This document shows positions 12,505 to 28,313 of a DNA stretch of 64,000 bases, piece after piece; position 1 is the first letter of the stretch, and the number at the start of each line of letters is the position of its first letter. Origin of the DNA: Vicugna vicugna (lineage: Eukaryota); the NCBI GenBank assembly GCA_013265495.1, contig MU058687.1, positions 2,978,001 to 3,042,000 of the forward strand, read 5' to 3'. The notes below the pieces were generated by a model, which had not been told where the DNA came from, searched no databases, and saw only the letters and a list, made by a program, of their open reading frames with translations. Both the position numbers and the translations under genes were made by a program.

Positions 12505-12612
12505 GAAAGTTTTTTTTATTGCTGTATAATTGACATACAACATTATACTAGTTTCAGGTATACAATATGACTTAATATTCATATATACTGCAAAACAATC
12601 ACCACAGTAAGT
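12505..12612 (-). mobile_element. Short 5'-truncated L1 3' end with perfect 15-bp target-site duplication
   Basis: T-run then TATAATTGACATACAACATTATACTAGTTTCAGGT; flanked by CCCTCCATGACATTT at 12490-12504 and 12613-12627. Confidence 0.85.
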
Positions 12613-12975
12613 CCCTCCATGACATTTTACTACCACAGCTATGCTGTATTAATGTTTACATACTATAAGAATACCTGTGCTTTGTACATTGTTTTGCTTT
12701 TTGCCCTTCAAGAATACATTTTACCCCCAGGAGTGATATCATTCTGGCAGAAAATGCACACTCTGGCCTGCAGGACCCAGCCTCAGTCCCTTTGATCCAG
12801 TAGTCAGTAATAGCCAACAACCTGTCTACATGGCAAAATCAGGTCTTTGCTAAAACAAGAAGGAAAAGGCTCAGGATTCTGGATGTTAACCCCTGGGACT
12901 GGCATCAGGCTTGTCATCAGGACAAACTGAGAAGGCCATTTCCTGAGGAGGGAAGCAAGGTGCTAGGAGTTAGGT

Positions 12976-13173
12976 CCGGGTTTCTCCACCCAGGCACTGT
13001 TGACATTTTGGGCTGGAGAAGTCTTTGGTGGGGGCTGTCCTGCACAGTGTAGAATGTTTAGCATCCCTGGCTTCTACTCACTAGATGCCAGAAGCACCCC
13101 TAACCCTCCATTATGCCAGCCAAAACATCTCCAGATATTGCCAAATATATCCTACCCACTATTGAGAACCACT
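12976..13173. mobile_element. MER20-like hAT-Charlie DNA transposon relic
   Basis: GGCACTGTTGACATTTTGGGCTGGA...GGGGCTGTCCTGCACAGTGTAGAATGTTTAGCATCCCTGGC...TTGAGAACCACTG matches recalled MER20. Confidence 0.75.
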
Positions 13174-14649
13174 GGTCTAGCCCAAGAAAGATCCAGGTCT
13201 GTTTCAGTGAACCACCACCCAGTGTCTTTCTAACCCAGCTCCTCAAGGGATTGGAAATCATTGGCAGGCCTTCCTATGGGGGCTGGGTTGCTCTTCTAGG
13301 GTCAAAAGTGCCAGGGTTGGGTGTCAGATCCAAAGGGGCCAACTGTACAGTCCCTGAACAATTATAGCGATCTGATGGGCCTCAGAATGAATCACTCTGG
13401 ACCCCAGAGTAACTACTGAGGAAAATCAATTCCTTCAAGCCAGTACAGTTCAGTCTCAAACGTGGGGACTCCAGCCAGAGCTACAACAAACCAAGGGCAT
13501 CCTACACATTAAACTCTTAAGAAATCCACTCCTTTAATAAACCAAGAAATGGAAAGAAAAAAATCCATAACCATTACAGGCATGTGTATGTATACGCCGT
13601 CCCCTGTGCTTAACACCTAGCAGGCTGGCTCCACTAACCTCAGCAGGCAGGGCAGCCTTCTCCACCCAGGCCTTGGGCCCTCTACTCGGCTAGCAGAACT
13701 GTTCCCCACAGTTTCTGGACTATTTTGATCCCTCTCTCCATCCTGACTCTATATCAATTGAATAAGAAAGGTTCCTCATGTCCCTTTTCTTCTTTGACTC
13801 TACCTCTCAGATAATGAAAGAAGAAATTTGACTATTTATTTAGACTTAGTCTTCAAATTCTACCCAGACATAAAATGATATTTTGACTGACAGGCACATA
13901 TTCAAAAGAGCTATGTCATCAGGCCAGAGTGACAGCTACAAGCAGAGAGTCAGAGAAGAAGTGACCCAAAGATTGCTTATTGTCAACTCATCACCTCCCA
14001 ATGTGCAGAAACGACAAAATTTGAATTCTGAAACTTAATCTGCTGAAATAAGTCAACTGTATTTGCTGAGCACAGCTTACGTAATCACTTCCAGGAAGGA
14101 CCAGTTGACAGTGGTTCACCGGGGGGAAAATAACAACTGCTACACCTCTCTGCCTCCCTGCAGGGAGGCGTGCACCAGGCTTGAGATCAGGGATTCCTAA
14201 ACATCGTTCTTGCAGAACACTGGTTTTCCATAAGCCACAGCAAAGGTCTCCCCCTAAACATCAAAACTGCAGCAGAATTTCTCCAATTCATGGGCAAATT
14301 TTAGGCTAGTGGGTAGAGTTTTCTCAATTTAAAGATCCCTTCTCTCAGTTGTTCTTAAACCTTTGATGTTAGCTATCAGTTACTAATGACAGAGAGTACA
14401 GTGAGTCTTAAATACCCAAAAAAAGAACCAACCATGCCCCTTAAACACTTAGTTTCTGTCTGAAAACATGAGCGGGCTGATGGTCGGGATTTTATGCTGC
14501 ACATAAACAACACACTCAAATTAGCTATTCATCCTAACTGATCCTAATTTCAATGTGATGGAATGAACAATCAGTGTCTCATGATTTTCAGACAAGAGCT
14601 GTATTATTTGCAGGAGCTCTGCCATTAGAACAGATCTGAGAATCAGTTA

Positions 14650-14860
14650 GAGGCAGAGGAGTGTAGTGGTAGCCTGGATCCACCTCTTACATTCAGCTGT
14701 GTGACCCTGGGCAAGTTCCTTAACCTCTGTGCCTCAGCTCCTTTACCTGTCACCTGGGAACAGTAATCTCTGTAGGACTGTAATAAGTATTTTAAAAGTT
14801 AATATATGTACAGTGCTTGGAGTAGTGCCTGGCACATAAGAGCTGCACAAGCGTTCCTCA
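14650..14860 (+). mobile_element. MIR SINE
   Basis: CTGTGTGACCCTGGGCAAGTTCCTTAACCTCTGTGCCTCAG...AGTGCCTGGCACATA. Confidence 0.8.
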
Positions 14861-14944
14861 TCGTTGTTACCATAATCACTATCATCGCCGTCATCACTCA
14901 ATGCCTTTGAAGACCAAGTAAACCAGTAAGTGAAAAGACTCTCA

Positions 14945-15169
<225 letters not shown>

Positions 15170-16207
15170 TCACACACCCTCTCGTCACAGCTGTCTGTGG
15201 TATCCACACTGCTGCCAGGGTCTGAGTGTAGCCTTCCTGACAAGCAAACAGGCAGGTGAGAGTGCTGAGGAGATGGGAGGCTCCTCAACCCTCCTTCAGC
15301 CTGTATGAACCACTCAGCAGGGATTCCGAGGGAGGCAGTGGCAGCAGATGAGACAGCCTGCCCCGGTGCTCCCACAGCCCTCGGCACCATCATCCATCAA
15401 GCCGATGCTGCCTCAAACACTGCTCTCCCCACCAGGCAGGTCTGTGAGGACAGGGACCAAGCCTATCTCATTCACCAAAACACTCCCCAGGCCCCACATG
15501 ATTCCCAGCACAGTCAATAAGGAGTTGTTTAATTAGTTACTTAATTAGCTGGTTGGTTAAATTGGGTGGTAAAAATAATGAAGTGGGAAGCATGGAAAGG
15601 AGAAATCGAGCAGAAGCTTGAAGGAAGTAGTTCAGGAGGACAGATGATAAATGCAAAAACTCACTGAGGTGAACATGACACTAATGATGAAATGTCAGTC
15701 CAGAGCCTGGGAGTGTAACCCCGGGGATCCGATCAAGAGCTACAGCCATCACTTTCTGTAAAAGCGTTGGCTGGATGTGGGTGGGGAGGAGCGCAACACA
15801 GGGGCATAAAGGGAAAGCACCAGCCTGCTCTAAGCCTTGAGGGAGGGGGCAGGTAAAGCCCAGAGTGGATAGGAAAGCCCAGAAGGAGGCAAGGAGGATA
15901 GACCTGCATTACAGGCAGCAAGAAGTCAAATCCAGCGAGAGGCGAGGAATGACAAGAGACAACAGCTTTGGCCTTGAGTGAGGTCACTGGTCACTTTAGG
16001 GAGAGGAGTTTAAGGAGGATGGGACGTTTAAGTGGATGGGAAGAAAAAGGAGCTACTTATCTAGACAACTTCTATGGCGAGATGAGATTTAAGAAAGGAA
16101 GGAAATTGCAATAATAAGATAAAATGGCAGGGGAGTCTATTTATTTTCCTAAGATAAGAGTTACTTATAAATGTTTCCCTTCAGAGCCAGCCCAGGACAT
16201 GACCTCA

Positions 16208-16330
<123 letters not shown>

Positions 16331-16753
16331 TCAGAAGACCTGAAGGCCACCAGAGAGCAGCTCCGTCAACTGCTCTTAGATCCATGGCATCCCTCTCTCT
16401 CCAACCCAGGGACCATGCTTTTTTTAGCCTCACACTTTCATATTCCATGACTATCCTAGGTACAGCCTAGCATACAACATTCCCATTTAAAAAAAGACAC
16501 AACTCCAGAGAGTTGTATCACAAGCCAGATATGCAAATGTTTTTCTGATCACAACACAGAAACCACCAAAGGAACTCTGGACCTCTGGGCTCCATAAAAC
16601 TCCTGATGCCTTTTCTCCCTCCACCCACCACTAAAACAAAGGCAAACACGAGGTGAACACTGACCATTGGGAAATGGAAGTTTCTGGCTTACTCCTTATA
16701 GTGTGAAAGGAAAAGCATAAGCCTCTACTGGAAAATCAAAAGCCAGAGACTCA

Positions 16754-16918
<165 letters not shown>

Positions 16919-17994
16919 TCAAGAAAAAAAATACAACTAAAGTAAAATGACTCTAGAGAAGGCATATCAGAAAAGGGAGATGGCCACACTTTCAGGTGCC
17001 ATCATGTTACAAAGGTCAAAGACCAAACTGGCCTAAATGACTGAGGTGGGAAAGGGAACAAGAGGGCCATAGAAGTATCCCAAGTGGCTGCCATTGCCAG
17101 CACTCACTATTACTATCAAGAAAAGTAGTGTAACCCCTGGAAACTGAAGTTCAGTTCTTTACTTCATAGGCCTAGAGTTTAAGTTCTAAATAGGTGTTTT
17201 CACCCTTAAACCAAACTCAGGACATCATCGTGAGCCAACGGAAATAGATTTGGGCTATTTGCATCCATTACCTTGGCCATATGGACACTCACTTTTCTAA
17301 GTCAGAAAGGTCTGGCCTAGATATTGTACTTTGGAAATTAAGACAGTTGTGTCTAATTCCCCTTGGGAGATGCCCACCAGGAAAAGATGAAGTTCAAAGT
17401 CTTGGCTCTCGTATAATGTGAGATGAGCAAATAGAAAGAGGGTTAGGAATTCCAATTTAAGGAACCCAGAATCTTTACTAACATACCAAAGCCCTGGGAA
17501 GGATATGTAACAGAGAGTCATAAACCCAGTTTTCCACTAGTTGTTTTTATTTTCAAATGACTCCCCAAGCCATAAGGACTTACAGAGCTTTCTCTATTAA
17601 GTGCATCACCCCAAGGCAGTAAAAATCTAAAAGCAATGTGGATAACATCCCTCTGCAGAACAGGGAAGTAATCCTTAAAATTAAAGCAATGAGAATTGGG
17701 GATCTGGCGAAGGATAAACTTGTATATTTATCTGGGGTCATGTTGTGGCCCTGCGACTTCTAAGTACAATATGATTTTAAAAGAGACCCAAATAGTATTC
17801 ATATTTGACATTTATTAAGTGTCAGAACATAAAAATGGCATGGTTATTATGGGAGGCAAGAGATGGAAACAAATAGACTTCATAGGCTGCCTTTCCCACA
17901 GCGAGACTGCCCAAAAAGTTCCAAAATGTTAAGAGACCTGTGCAGCCTCCAATCCTTTAGGAACATTCCAGAATTCTGGAGAGGACGTGTTCTA

Positions 17995-18213
<219 letters not shown>

Positions 18214-19664
18214 TCACAGTCATCTTTTAGGATAAGACAAATCAGAATCCAAACTATTCAATCCAACATATCAGGAGCTTCTTGCCTATTCACTCACAAA
18301 AAATATCCAGAGAACTGGAGAAGTGCCCAAACCAGGAGGGACAGACTGGGGCTTCATTTCTTGTTCATCCCACGACAGCTCGGGGGCAGGGGATGGCCAA
18401 ACGCACGCATTGGTGGCTTTGAGGCAAGCTAGCCTGACTTAGGATGCGGGTTTAAGGAAAAGAAAATTAAAACTTGTCATCTACATGTGCCTGAGATAGG
18501 TAATCTGCCTCCTTCCCACTTACTCTTTCTACTCCCACTACCAGTTTTATAAAGTGGGGATCTGTGGGGGAAGTGGAAGGCTTAATTTAGATTTTATTTA
18601 CTTTGTGTTGTTTGTAATAACCCTTACTTTTATCCATAATAAGTAATCAATGTTCATTAAAAAAATAGAGGAAATTTGTAAAAATAAAACTTAACTAATA
18701 AATATTATATTTTGATTTATTAATAAAATAAACTTTATTTGATAAAATAAAATAAAATTTAAGTATCCATAATCCTACTGACTAGAATAAAACCACTGCT
18801 CATAGCTTTCCTATATGTACATATAAAATCCCTGATTTAAAAAAAAATCCATATCTGACAATTCATATGAAATTTTCGTAGTGCTGCTTCTGTTGTCTAT
18901 TGTTCTGTTCATTCTTGCACATGGTGCTCTATTTCCTTGTGTGCTTAGTTATTTTTTACTGTGTACTATTCACTGTCACTGAAAAACTATTTATAGGAAT
19001 GGATAGCAATGTCTTTCTCAAAAGAAGATTAACATTTGCTTTTAGCCAGGCACCTAGGAGACATTACCAGTCTAGCTAGGGTCATGTTCATTTAAATTCC
19101 TGGCTTGAAGATGCTGAGACCATCCAGGTGAAATGAATTTGGGTTGCAAATCCATGTGAAGATCAACTAGTAAATATACAACTTCTCAAGGAAACAGATT
19201 CAGTGTCCCTCTATCCTCATCCTCAGCCCACCCTCCCAAACATACTCTGGATATAAGTAGATAGGGCAAATTTAACTTTACCCTAAGTCTTTGGGGTTAC
19301 AAATTTAGGGAAAGATCATATTACCTACCACTTTGGGTGAGCCTAGCGCTTTGATTTTAAACCTCCTTCTCTCGACAGGTAGCTGAAGACCAAAGATCAA
19401 AACTCAAGATTGTGGGATCAAGGGCAAAAGTGGTCGCAGTGCCCCACTTATTTCTCTCAATTCTGTCTTTCACTGAGATTTTGACCCAGTACCTCCTCTC
19501 TATCTTGTCAGCTCTTTGATGCTTCTAAGAAGGTGTTTTTACATTATTCCAGCACTTTTAGTTATTTTTCAGTGAGAACATTAGTTAAATGAACTACTTT
19601 GCCATATTCAGAAACAGACTCCTATATTTCTTTGAAGGTAGCCATTTAAGAAGAAGCTTTGGTC

Positions 19665-19864
19665 ATATGCAGAATAGATAAACAAGATCATACTGTACAG
19701 CACAGGGAAATATATACAAGATCTTGTGGTAGCTCACAGAGAAAAAAAATGTGACCATGAATATATGTACATTCATGCATAACTGAAAAATTGTGCTCTA
19801 CACTGAAATTTGACACAACATTGTAAAATGACTATAACTGAATAAAAAAATGTTAAAAAAAAAA
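19665..19864 (+). mobile_element. Young lineage-specific L1 3' end with AATAAA and A tail (camelid-type as recalled)
   Basis: ACTGTACAGCACAGGGAAATATATACAAGATCTTGTGGTAGCTCAC...ACAACATTGTAAAATGACTATAACTGAATAAAAAAATGTTAAAAAAAAAA. Confidence 0.8.
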
Positions 19865-19920
19865 GTTCCCTACCTTTGGTGTCTATACCACTCATTTATC
19901 CCAAACAGCAAATTTACTTA

Positions 19921-20028
<108 letters not shown>

Positions 20029-22158
20029 TCACTCATTAGGCTGGTATTAACCGAGGGCCTACTGGTAAAGAGACAGAGTATGACATGTATGTGCTAGAGG
20101 TACTGACAGAGTGCTGTAGGACCAAAGCCCCTAACTGTCTCAGAGGATTAGGGAAGGGTGTTCCAGAGATAACCTTTGGAGAGACTCTTAAAGGAGAGGG
20201 AAAAGTTCATCAGGTGAGCAGGCTGGGGAAAGGCACAGAGGTATGAAACAGCAAAACTCATGATGAATGGCAAATGAATGCGCATGGTTAGGGTGAGAGG
20301 GCAGAAAGGAGAGCAGGAACAGGTGAGGGTGTGAACAAGAGGCGCCAGGCTAGGAAATGCGGCCTTCATCTGACAAGTACTGAAGCCCTCACTGGAGGAC
20401 TTTTAAGGTGGGAAGCTAAATAATAAGATTTCCTTTTAGTAGTAAAAATACTTCAAAATACTAATTTCATGCAAATGACCATTTGCCCAGCTCTCCTCAA
20501 AATCAAATGTTAAACCCTGAAAAATTTTCCACTCATTATCTTGTCTCTGGCAATAGACTTGACAAACGTGAGGCAAAGAAAATGATGAAATGATGAAAGA
20601 AAGGACTACCTCTGTATCAATGAGAAATCAAGACCAATCAGGATCTAGGAAAGTGATGACAATGGAAAAGGAGTTGGCAGTAATCACACCAACACAGAAG
20701 GATCCTTGCAAATTTCTGTCCCAAGCAGTAGACACTGACACTCATGGTCAGGAAAGACAAATTTTGTCAGCACAAATCACTGGCTCTCAAGAGAATTAGA
20801 GAACTACAGAAATGCCCATTCCTACACTGCCTTCTAAGGTCTCCTAAAAAGAATAATCAGCAAGATGACAAATCAAATAAGTCAATAGGAGAGAAGTTTT
20901 ACTTCAGATGGATCTGTAGGGGAGGGTCACTGATGGCCACCAAGAACACGAAGCCCTTAGTCTACAGTTCCCACCTCCCTAACTTCTTATACTGATCTGC
21001 CTTCACATGAATCCTTAGCTGCTGGGTGAAATGCAGCCACCTTAACATGGAAGCAACAACAAAATAACAGAACAGGGATGTTCATGCTTTGTTCCATGCC
21101 CACATGACTTTCAGAGCAAAGCTGGTGTTCCTTCATAACCCCTCGTGGCAATGGACCACTTGTGTTTGGCCTATTGGATCAAAACACAATCAATATCAGT
21201 ATTATAGGAATACAGAAATAGACCCTGCCCAATGGTGTCATAATTTATATTACTGAGGAGCAGGAGGCAGACAGTGGTCATGAAGACCATATTTCTAGCC
21301 TAAAAACCACGGCAATAAGAGGAGGTAGAGAAAGTGAACAGAGAAGGTAAATTTAGATGAGCCATCACCCACTTCCTCACAAAGGCCAGGAGCAGCTGAA
21401 CCGAGACAGGCTGAGCCAGGTGGTGTTGGCCGAGAAGCTACAGAGAACACCTGCAGCACAGGACAATCAGCAGGGGCCAGAAGGTGAGTGGGAAATGCCC
21501 TCTGTTCTCTTCTTGACTGCAACAGAAGGCACAGCCTGCAGCTAGGGTGCTATCTAACCAAAAAACAGAAGAGTATATACCCCTTGTCATAAAGCCCTGG
21601 GAGCCAGGTAAGTGTGCTTCAGAGCAGCTCTGCCCAGGCCAGTCAGAGGCAAAGGCTCAGGCATTGAGGGAGGCCCCAGTCTAGACAAGCCCAGTCACAG
21701 GGCTGGCAGGCCCGCAGATCTCCAACTGACTGGCCCAGTCCAGGGACGACCAGTGGGCAGCAGCGCTCTGTCATATCAAGACAACCTGAGCTGCACCATA
21801 CGCTGGCGTCTGCAAGGCTCGGTGTGCTCTAAATCAGACATGAGATCAGCCGCTGTGTGCTCCTGGCTCATGCCCAGCTAACCTCTTCTGGATTAAGTCT
21901 GAGCCTCGGCCTGCTCTCTGGCTTCAAAATGACAGCTCTAAGAGCGAGATCTTATCTGTATTGCTCACGGCTTATCCCTATTACAACAACAGACCTTGGA
22001 ACACAGCAGGTGCTCAATATATATAACTGTTGAAAGGATATTTGAGATCAGTAAAGATGTCAAAGAATGCTCAGGAAAGCCCATCCCAGGACTATTCTTT
22101 TGGAGGTAAGAGAAATGTTAAGGAGGGATCACAGTAAGTAATTATACAAGAAGCATCA

Positions 22159-22470
<312 letters not shown>

Positions 22471-24212
22471 TTATTGATTTGTCTCTTTGTATCTCTCTGC
22501 ATCTTGTCTCTCAAGTTCCAGCCTCCTAGAAGGAGGAAACATGATACCTTGTGTAACTCAATCTATAGCACACACAGAGGATTTAGTGCATTTTCAAGTC
22601 ATTAAGACTTGAAACTTTCTAAATGAAGCCTCAAACTTTCTTAATGAAAAATTCATACTATTGTATTTTCTAAAATATGACCAAATGAAACTAAAAAGCT
22701 CTATTAATATCTTATCCTCGAAGTCTGAAGTTTTAGAAGTTTTAGCCATAGCCATTTTGTAATTACTGATTTTCTTTAAATTGTGTGTGTGTGCACACAC
22801 ATGTAATCTTGCAATTAATCTAACAGCAAAAATCTTGGAAACAGTATAAATGTCAGAATAAACAAATAACTAGAGGAACAGTTAACATGATGGTATGTCC
22901 ACAGGAAAGACTATTACACAGCCAGAGAAAATGTTTCAGTGCATTTTTTATCAACACTGGAAAAGGCTTATAAAATGCTGATGTTGAAAATGGCTACCGT
23001 TTATCACCAGGCACTGCTCTAAGCACCCAGCAAGTCTTATCTCTGTGTTGCAGGTACTATGGTTATCCCCACCTCATTTACAAGGAAACTGAGGTTAAGT
23101 AATTTGCTCACGGTCATACAGCTTGTCAGCTGGAGAGACAGGATTCAAATTAAGGCAGCTAATTCCAATTCTCCCAGGACAGAGGCTATAGATATACAAT
23201 TATGCTAATTATATAAACAAGCGCATAAACACCCAGAAACAACGGAAATAAAGGCATCTCTCTTGCAATGTGAGTTTTAATAACTCCAACTGGACAGAAC
23301 ATGACATTTATTTGCCATGAAATTTGGAATTCGCATGTAGAAAAAATATTCTGCGTGTCTTATGGCTGCTTTGTTTCAGTGTTTGCTTTCTTAGAAAAAA
23401 AATTAGGGATAATGGTATTAAGAACATATAAGAAGTTAAAAGTTGTGGTAGCCATGGAGAAATTAAGTCCACACTCCTAAATAAAAGCTATACCTATCTA
23501 GTTTGCCTGCCTTGAATTTGCTCAAGGATGTTAGGGTTTTGTGGTGCTGGGGTATGCGCTCTGTGTTGTTGGGGTTTTTTTCCCCTAAAAATCATTATTA
23601 TAATAATTCCTATTAGAAAAATCACTTAGTTCTTGTGTGTATAGTCCATGGCCTCTTTTTTCCATTGAAATATTTCTTTCTACAATGGAATTTTCAATAT
23701 GAGGCCTCCTAGGAACATGGGTACCCTGTTACAATCAACTGTTGTACATCAAACTACGAGGATAAACACTGGTCCTCAGATTATGTGTAACTTTTGTTTT
23801 CTTTTTTACACTTTTCTATATTTTCCAATTTTACTTTATAAATGTTATGCTTTAAAAACATTTAAAAATCAAGACCTAAAGTTGTTGACAAGACATTAAA
23901 CTACAGGGGAAGGAGAGCTACTAGAGGTTATTGAGTCCAATCCCCCCAATTTACAGATGAAGACACAGGCTGAGAAAGGCTCAGGGATTCAGTCAATGAC
24001 AAAGCCAGACTCTTCTGTCCCTTGGCCTCTCGCGCTCTCTCTATATCACTGTCACCATTTCATTCCTCCACCCATGGACTTCAAATGTGTAGTAGGGCCT
24101 TTCAGAACGTGGCCCCTGTCTCCCTCTGCACAGTACAGATGTTCCTAGTCACCACATCTGTAACTTTATCTCCAACGTAACACCGGCGGCAAGGTGTCAC
24201 CATGGAAGAGCC

Positions 24213-24402
24213 AGCTGTGGTTTTCTGCCCTGGCTGTACATTAGGCTCTTCTGGAGAGCTGTTAATACCAAAACAAAAATGCCCAATGCATGGGCCCCAT
24301 CCTAGACCAATCAAGTCAGAATCTCTGGGGTGGACCCCAGGCATCAGAAATTTTCAGAAGTCTCCAGTGAATTCTACAGTTCAGCTGGGCCTAAGAACCA
24401 CT
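24213..24402. mobile_element. MER5A-like hAT DNA transposon relic
   Basis: TGGGCCCCATCCTAGACCAATCAAGTCAGAATCTCTGGGGTGG...AAGAACCACT. Confidence 0.7.
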
Positions 24403-24629
24403 CGGCTAAAGAGAAGTGGAGAGTCAAGAACGAGAAACTGATACTAAAACCCAATACTCTGGGTCAACTTTCTAGTAAATAAGGAAATAATAACAATTAA
24501 ATATTTTGAGAAGCAAAAGCTTTCCACAAAGTAAAGATTTTGGTCATTTTGCGGAAAGAGAGATTTCTCTTCCAGGCTTCTCAGAATAGCAGCCGCCCTG
24601 AAGTCTCCACCTCCTCACCTCTCCTCTCC

Positions 24630-25450
24630 TCAGGTCACTGCAGCTGAGACTCCTGCCCTCGGAAGCCATCCTTGTCAGAGTTATGAGGCCTCCCATGTTG
24701 CCCTTCAAAGGTCTCCTTTCCATCCTCACCTTCTCTGAGGTCTCTCAGCCCTGAACTGCTCACATCTTTCCATGGAGACTCTCTGCCCTGCACTCTCCTC
24801 CTGTTCTCCTCCATCCTCCCTGTCTGCTCAGCCTCTTCTCCCAGCGCCACTCTGAGCACCCTGAACTCTGCTTTAAATGCTGCTGCTCCCCCAGGCTCCT
24901 ACACTGGCATTCTCCCTCTGCACACCCTTTCAGAGCGACATCACCCATCCCACTGTGTCACTAACAACCGTATGCTACACACTCACAGCTCGTTCCTGAA
25001 ACAAGCCCCAGACCCAAAATGCACAAAGAAAACTCATCTCCAAAGCATGCTTCCTCCTCTATTTCTCATCATGGTGAAACAGCACTGTCACATGCCCACC
25101 GTGACCTCCAGACTACAGACCTGGACATTGCTCATCCCTGACATCTATCAGTTACCGGGCCCTGACATTCAGCCTGTGCAGAGTTTCCTGACTGAATTCC
25201 CACCTCTCTCCCCATGGTCTCTGCCTCCGTTCACCATCCTTTGTCATGATTATTGCCTCCAGTCTGCTCCTCCTTCCAATCCATCACACTCCTGCTAGAG
25301 CTGTCTTTCTAAACTAGAAATCTAATCACATCTTGTCCTCTCTTAATAATTTTCAGTGCCTCTGCAATATCTACAGAACAGAATTAAATCTACAGTAACA
25401 TGTAAGTTCTCTCCACAGCCTGGCCTTGTCAACCTCTCCGGACCCTCCTC
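24630..25450 (+). mobile_element. Decayed L2 LINE fragment
   Basis: Pyrimidine-rich L2-like tract, e.g. CTTTCTAAACTAGAAATCTAATCACATC. Confidence 0.5.
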
Positions 25451-25983
25451 CCTCTCAGGCACCGTCCACCACAGCCACACCTCACACTCCTTAACCTGGA
25501 AGCAGATGTGGCTAACCCTCCAGTGTGCACTTCACATGTGTGACCTCACCTAATCCTCACAACAACCCCTATGATGGAGAGAAGCACTATTTATTTTCCC
25601 CAGTTCAAAGACGAGCCCACTGAAGCACAGAAAGATTAAGGAATTTGTTCAAAGCCACACTCCAGTGAAACCACGATTCAAACCCAGATAAACTAGTCTG
25701 GTTGCCAGGTCTGTGTTTATAATCACTGCACTCTACTCATCACCCACGTCATACCAAGCAGTGTGCTAGGGATTTGAGCCTTCCAGGAGCCAGCAATCAA
25801 GCAGCAAAGAGACAAGAGGAAGGAAGCACTCACAATTCAATGTGAAGAGGGTTACCACACGGGCTTGTAAAGGGTGCCAACAAAGCCTCCCATACAGGAT
25901 GCTCCCAACTCAGGACCAGGTAGAGGTGGGTCACAGTGGTCAAAGGGGAAGTCCTCAGCTGAAGCCTAAAGAGGCTGGAGTTA

Positions 25984-26418
<435 letters not shown>

Positions 26419-28313
26419 TCAACTCAAGTGGGAGTTCACAACCGGCTCTCACTTGTGCCCTCCCCTTCCCTCCCGTTCCTCCTAAGGACCTCAGAAGAAG
26501 CTGGGAATTAATAATGTTATTATCAAAGCACTGTTTTTCAAAGCAAAAGCCTAGAAACAACTGGTCCTTCAGTCAAGGTCTATTGTATACATGCAGTGGA
26601 ACAAAGAAGAAAGAAGCATTTTATGTCTTCATCTGGAACGTTCTCCAAGATGTAACATTATGAGATAGACTGCTAAGACAGACTTTTCACTATATATCCT
26701 TTTGTGCCTTTTGAATCTAGTACCATATGCAGTAACTGTTCAATAGTGTTTTGGGTTTTTATTCTGAAATTTTTAAAAAATCAACAGTAAACAGTTTACT
26801 CAAGAGCAACCATCCCCTCCTCCCCCCCACCCTGGGTTATGGAAAAGCCCTCCACCTTATTACTGTCCCTCTTTTCCATGCCCTGCAACCTGGCTGCCCC
26901 GCCGCTCCCCCTACCCCTAAAACAGTCTCCCTCCACAGGTGCTGGCTGCTCCTCTCTTTCTTCTTTCATTCATTTGGGCAGCAGACCATATCAATTACAC
27001 ACAGACCCAGACGAGGAGGAAGCCTGGCTGCAGCCCTGGCAGAGCCCAGTCTCGGGGATGATGGCTTCACACACTGATGAGCATAGGACAATGGGCAAAT
27101 GCTCCAGCAAAGATGCGACAATGTGTGACATAGTGGGAGCCCAGAGCAGAGTAGGACAATTCTTGCCCCAAGAGTAATAAGAGGATGGCTTGATGGAAGA
27201 CAGCATAGATGAGCTAGGCCTTAAGTAACAAGTAGGCATTGCTGACCCCACAGCTCCAACCTTCTAAGTCCTCGCACCAGCCAACACATGCAGCCCTGCA
27301 CGCTGCTGATTGCCACTGCTTCTTGATTATGCTCTTCTCAACTCCACACTCCCTCATGGACGGCTCCTGCACAGCCCCCTTCTTCCTGCATTCCCCAGAG
27401 GCCTGACCTTGCCCCATTCTCGTCCTCTTTCTACCACAGCCACTACGCAGCATCGACTATTCCTTTACTGGGCCAGTCCTTCTTTGAAAACTTCAGCCCC
27501 ACACCCACTGGCCCCATTGCATGGATTTCCTCAAGCATCTCAAAGGCAACCTCTCTAATGTGGAACCCAATATCTGCCTTTCCAAACCAACATTTTGCCT
27601 GCTTTCTAATTTCTCATTCTTTCCACAGGCTGGGCAGACCCATGTGCTCTAGGTCCTGGAGAGACTAAAAGACATTGTCCTTGCCTCCAAGAAGCAATCA
27701 CCTGGGACCAACCTATCTTTTCAACCTTGTCTTCCAGTATCCTTCTGCATATAACCTGGGCCTTAAATTTTGCCCTGTTTTTAGCTTTGATTATGCTCTC
27801 TCTTCTGCCTCAATGCCCTCTCCTCCCCCTCCATCTACCCATTCTTCCAGGGCCTGACTCCAAGGCAACTTACTCTATCACTGACCCTTCCAACCCCCTA
27901 GCAGACGTGATCTCTTATACCTTCAATCCCCATAGCTCTGCATTCCCTCTTTATATACTTGACACATACGGTCATACATATACAGATCCTCTCCTCCAGA
28001 CTCTATACTCTGGAGGGCATCCATCTACAGACTCCAAGGTGGCTAACACTTGCTCAGTTACTCTCTGTGAACAGGGAATAGATGTGAGTCACAGAATACT
28101 GTGGTGGGAACTGGCCACTTGTCCTGAAGTTTCATCTCTGCTGGGCTTCCCACAGCCATAATGGACAAGTTATTCTTTAGGCTCAAAGAGCTCACTGCTC
28201 AGGACGTCTTCCTTTGTACTTCTTGTGTCTCCACTCACTCTTAGTGCTCAAACCAGATTTCACCAGACCTTTCTCCCACTTTGCCATTGATGGGCTAAAA
28301 TAACAAACGCTAT

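Noticed and set aside
18590..18850. Very AT-rich tract with imperfect repeats
   Set aside because: Low-complexity sequence next to decayed LINE fragments; no regular unit
21357..21613. Plus-strand small ORF and consensus donor CAG|GTAAGT inside a POMT2 intron
   Set aside because: No partner acceptor or promoter evidence; isolated donors are frequent
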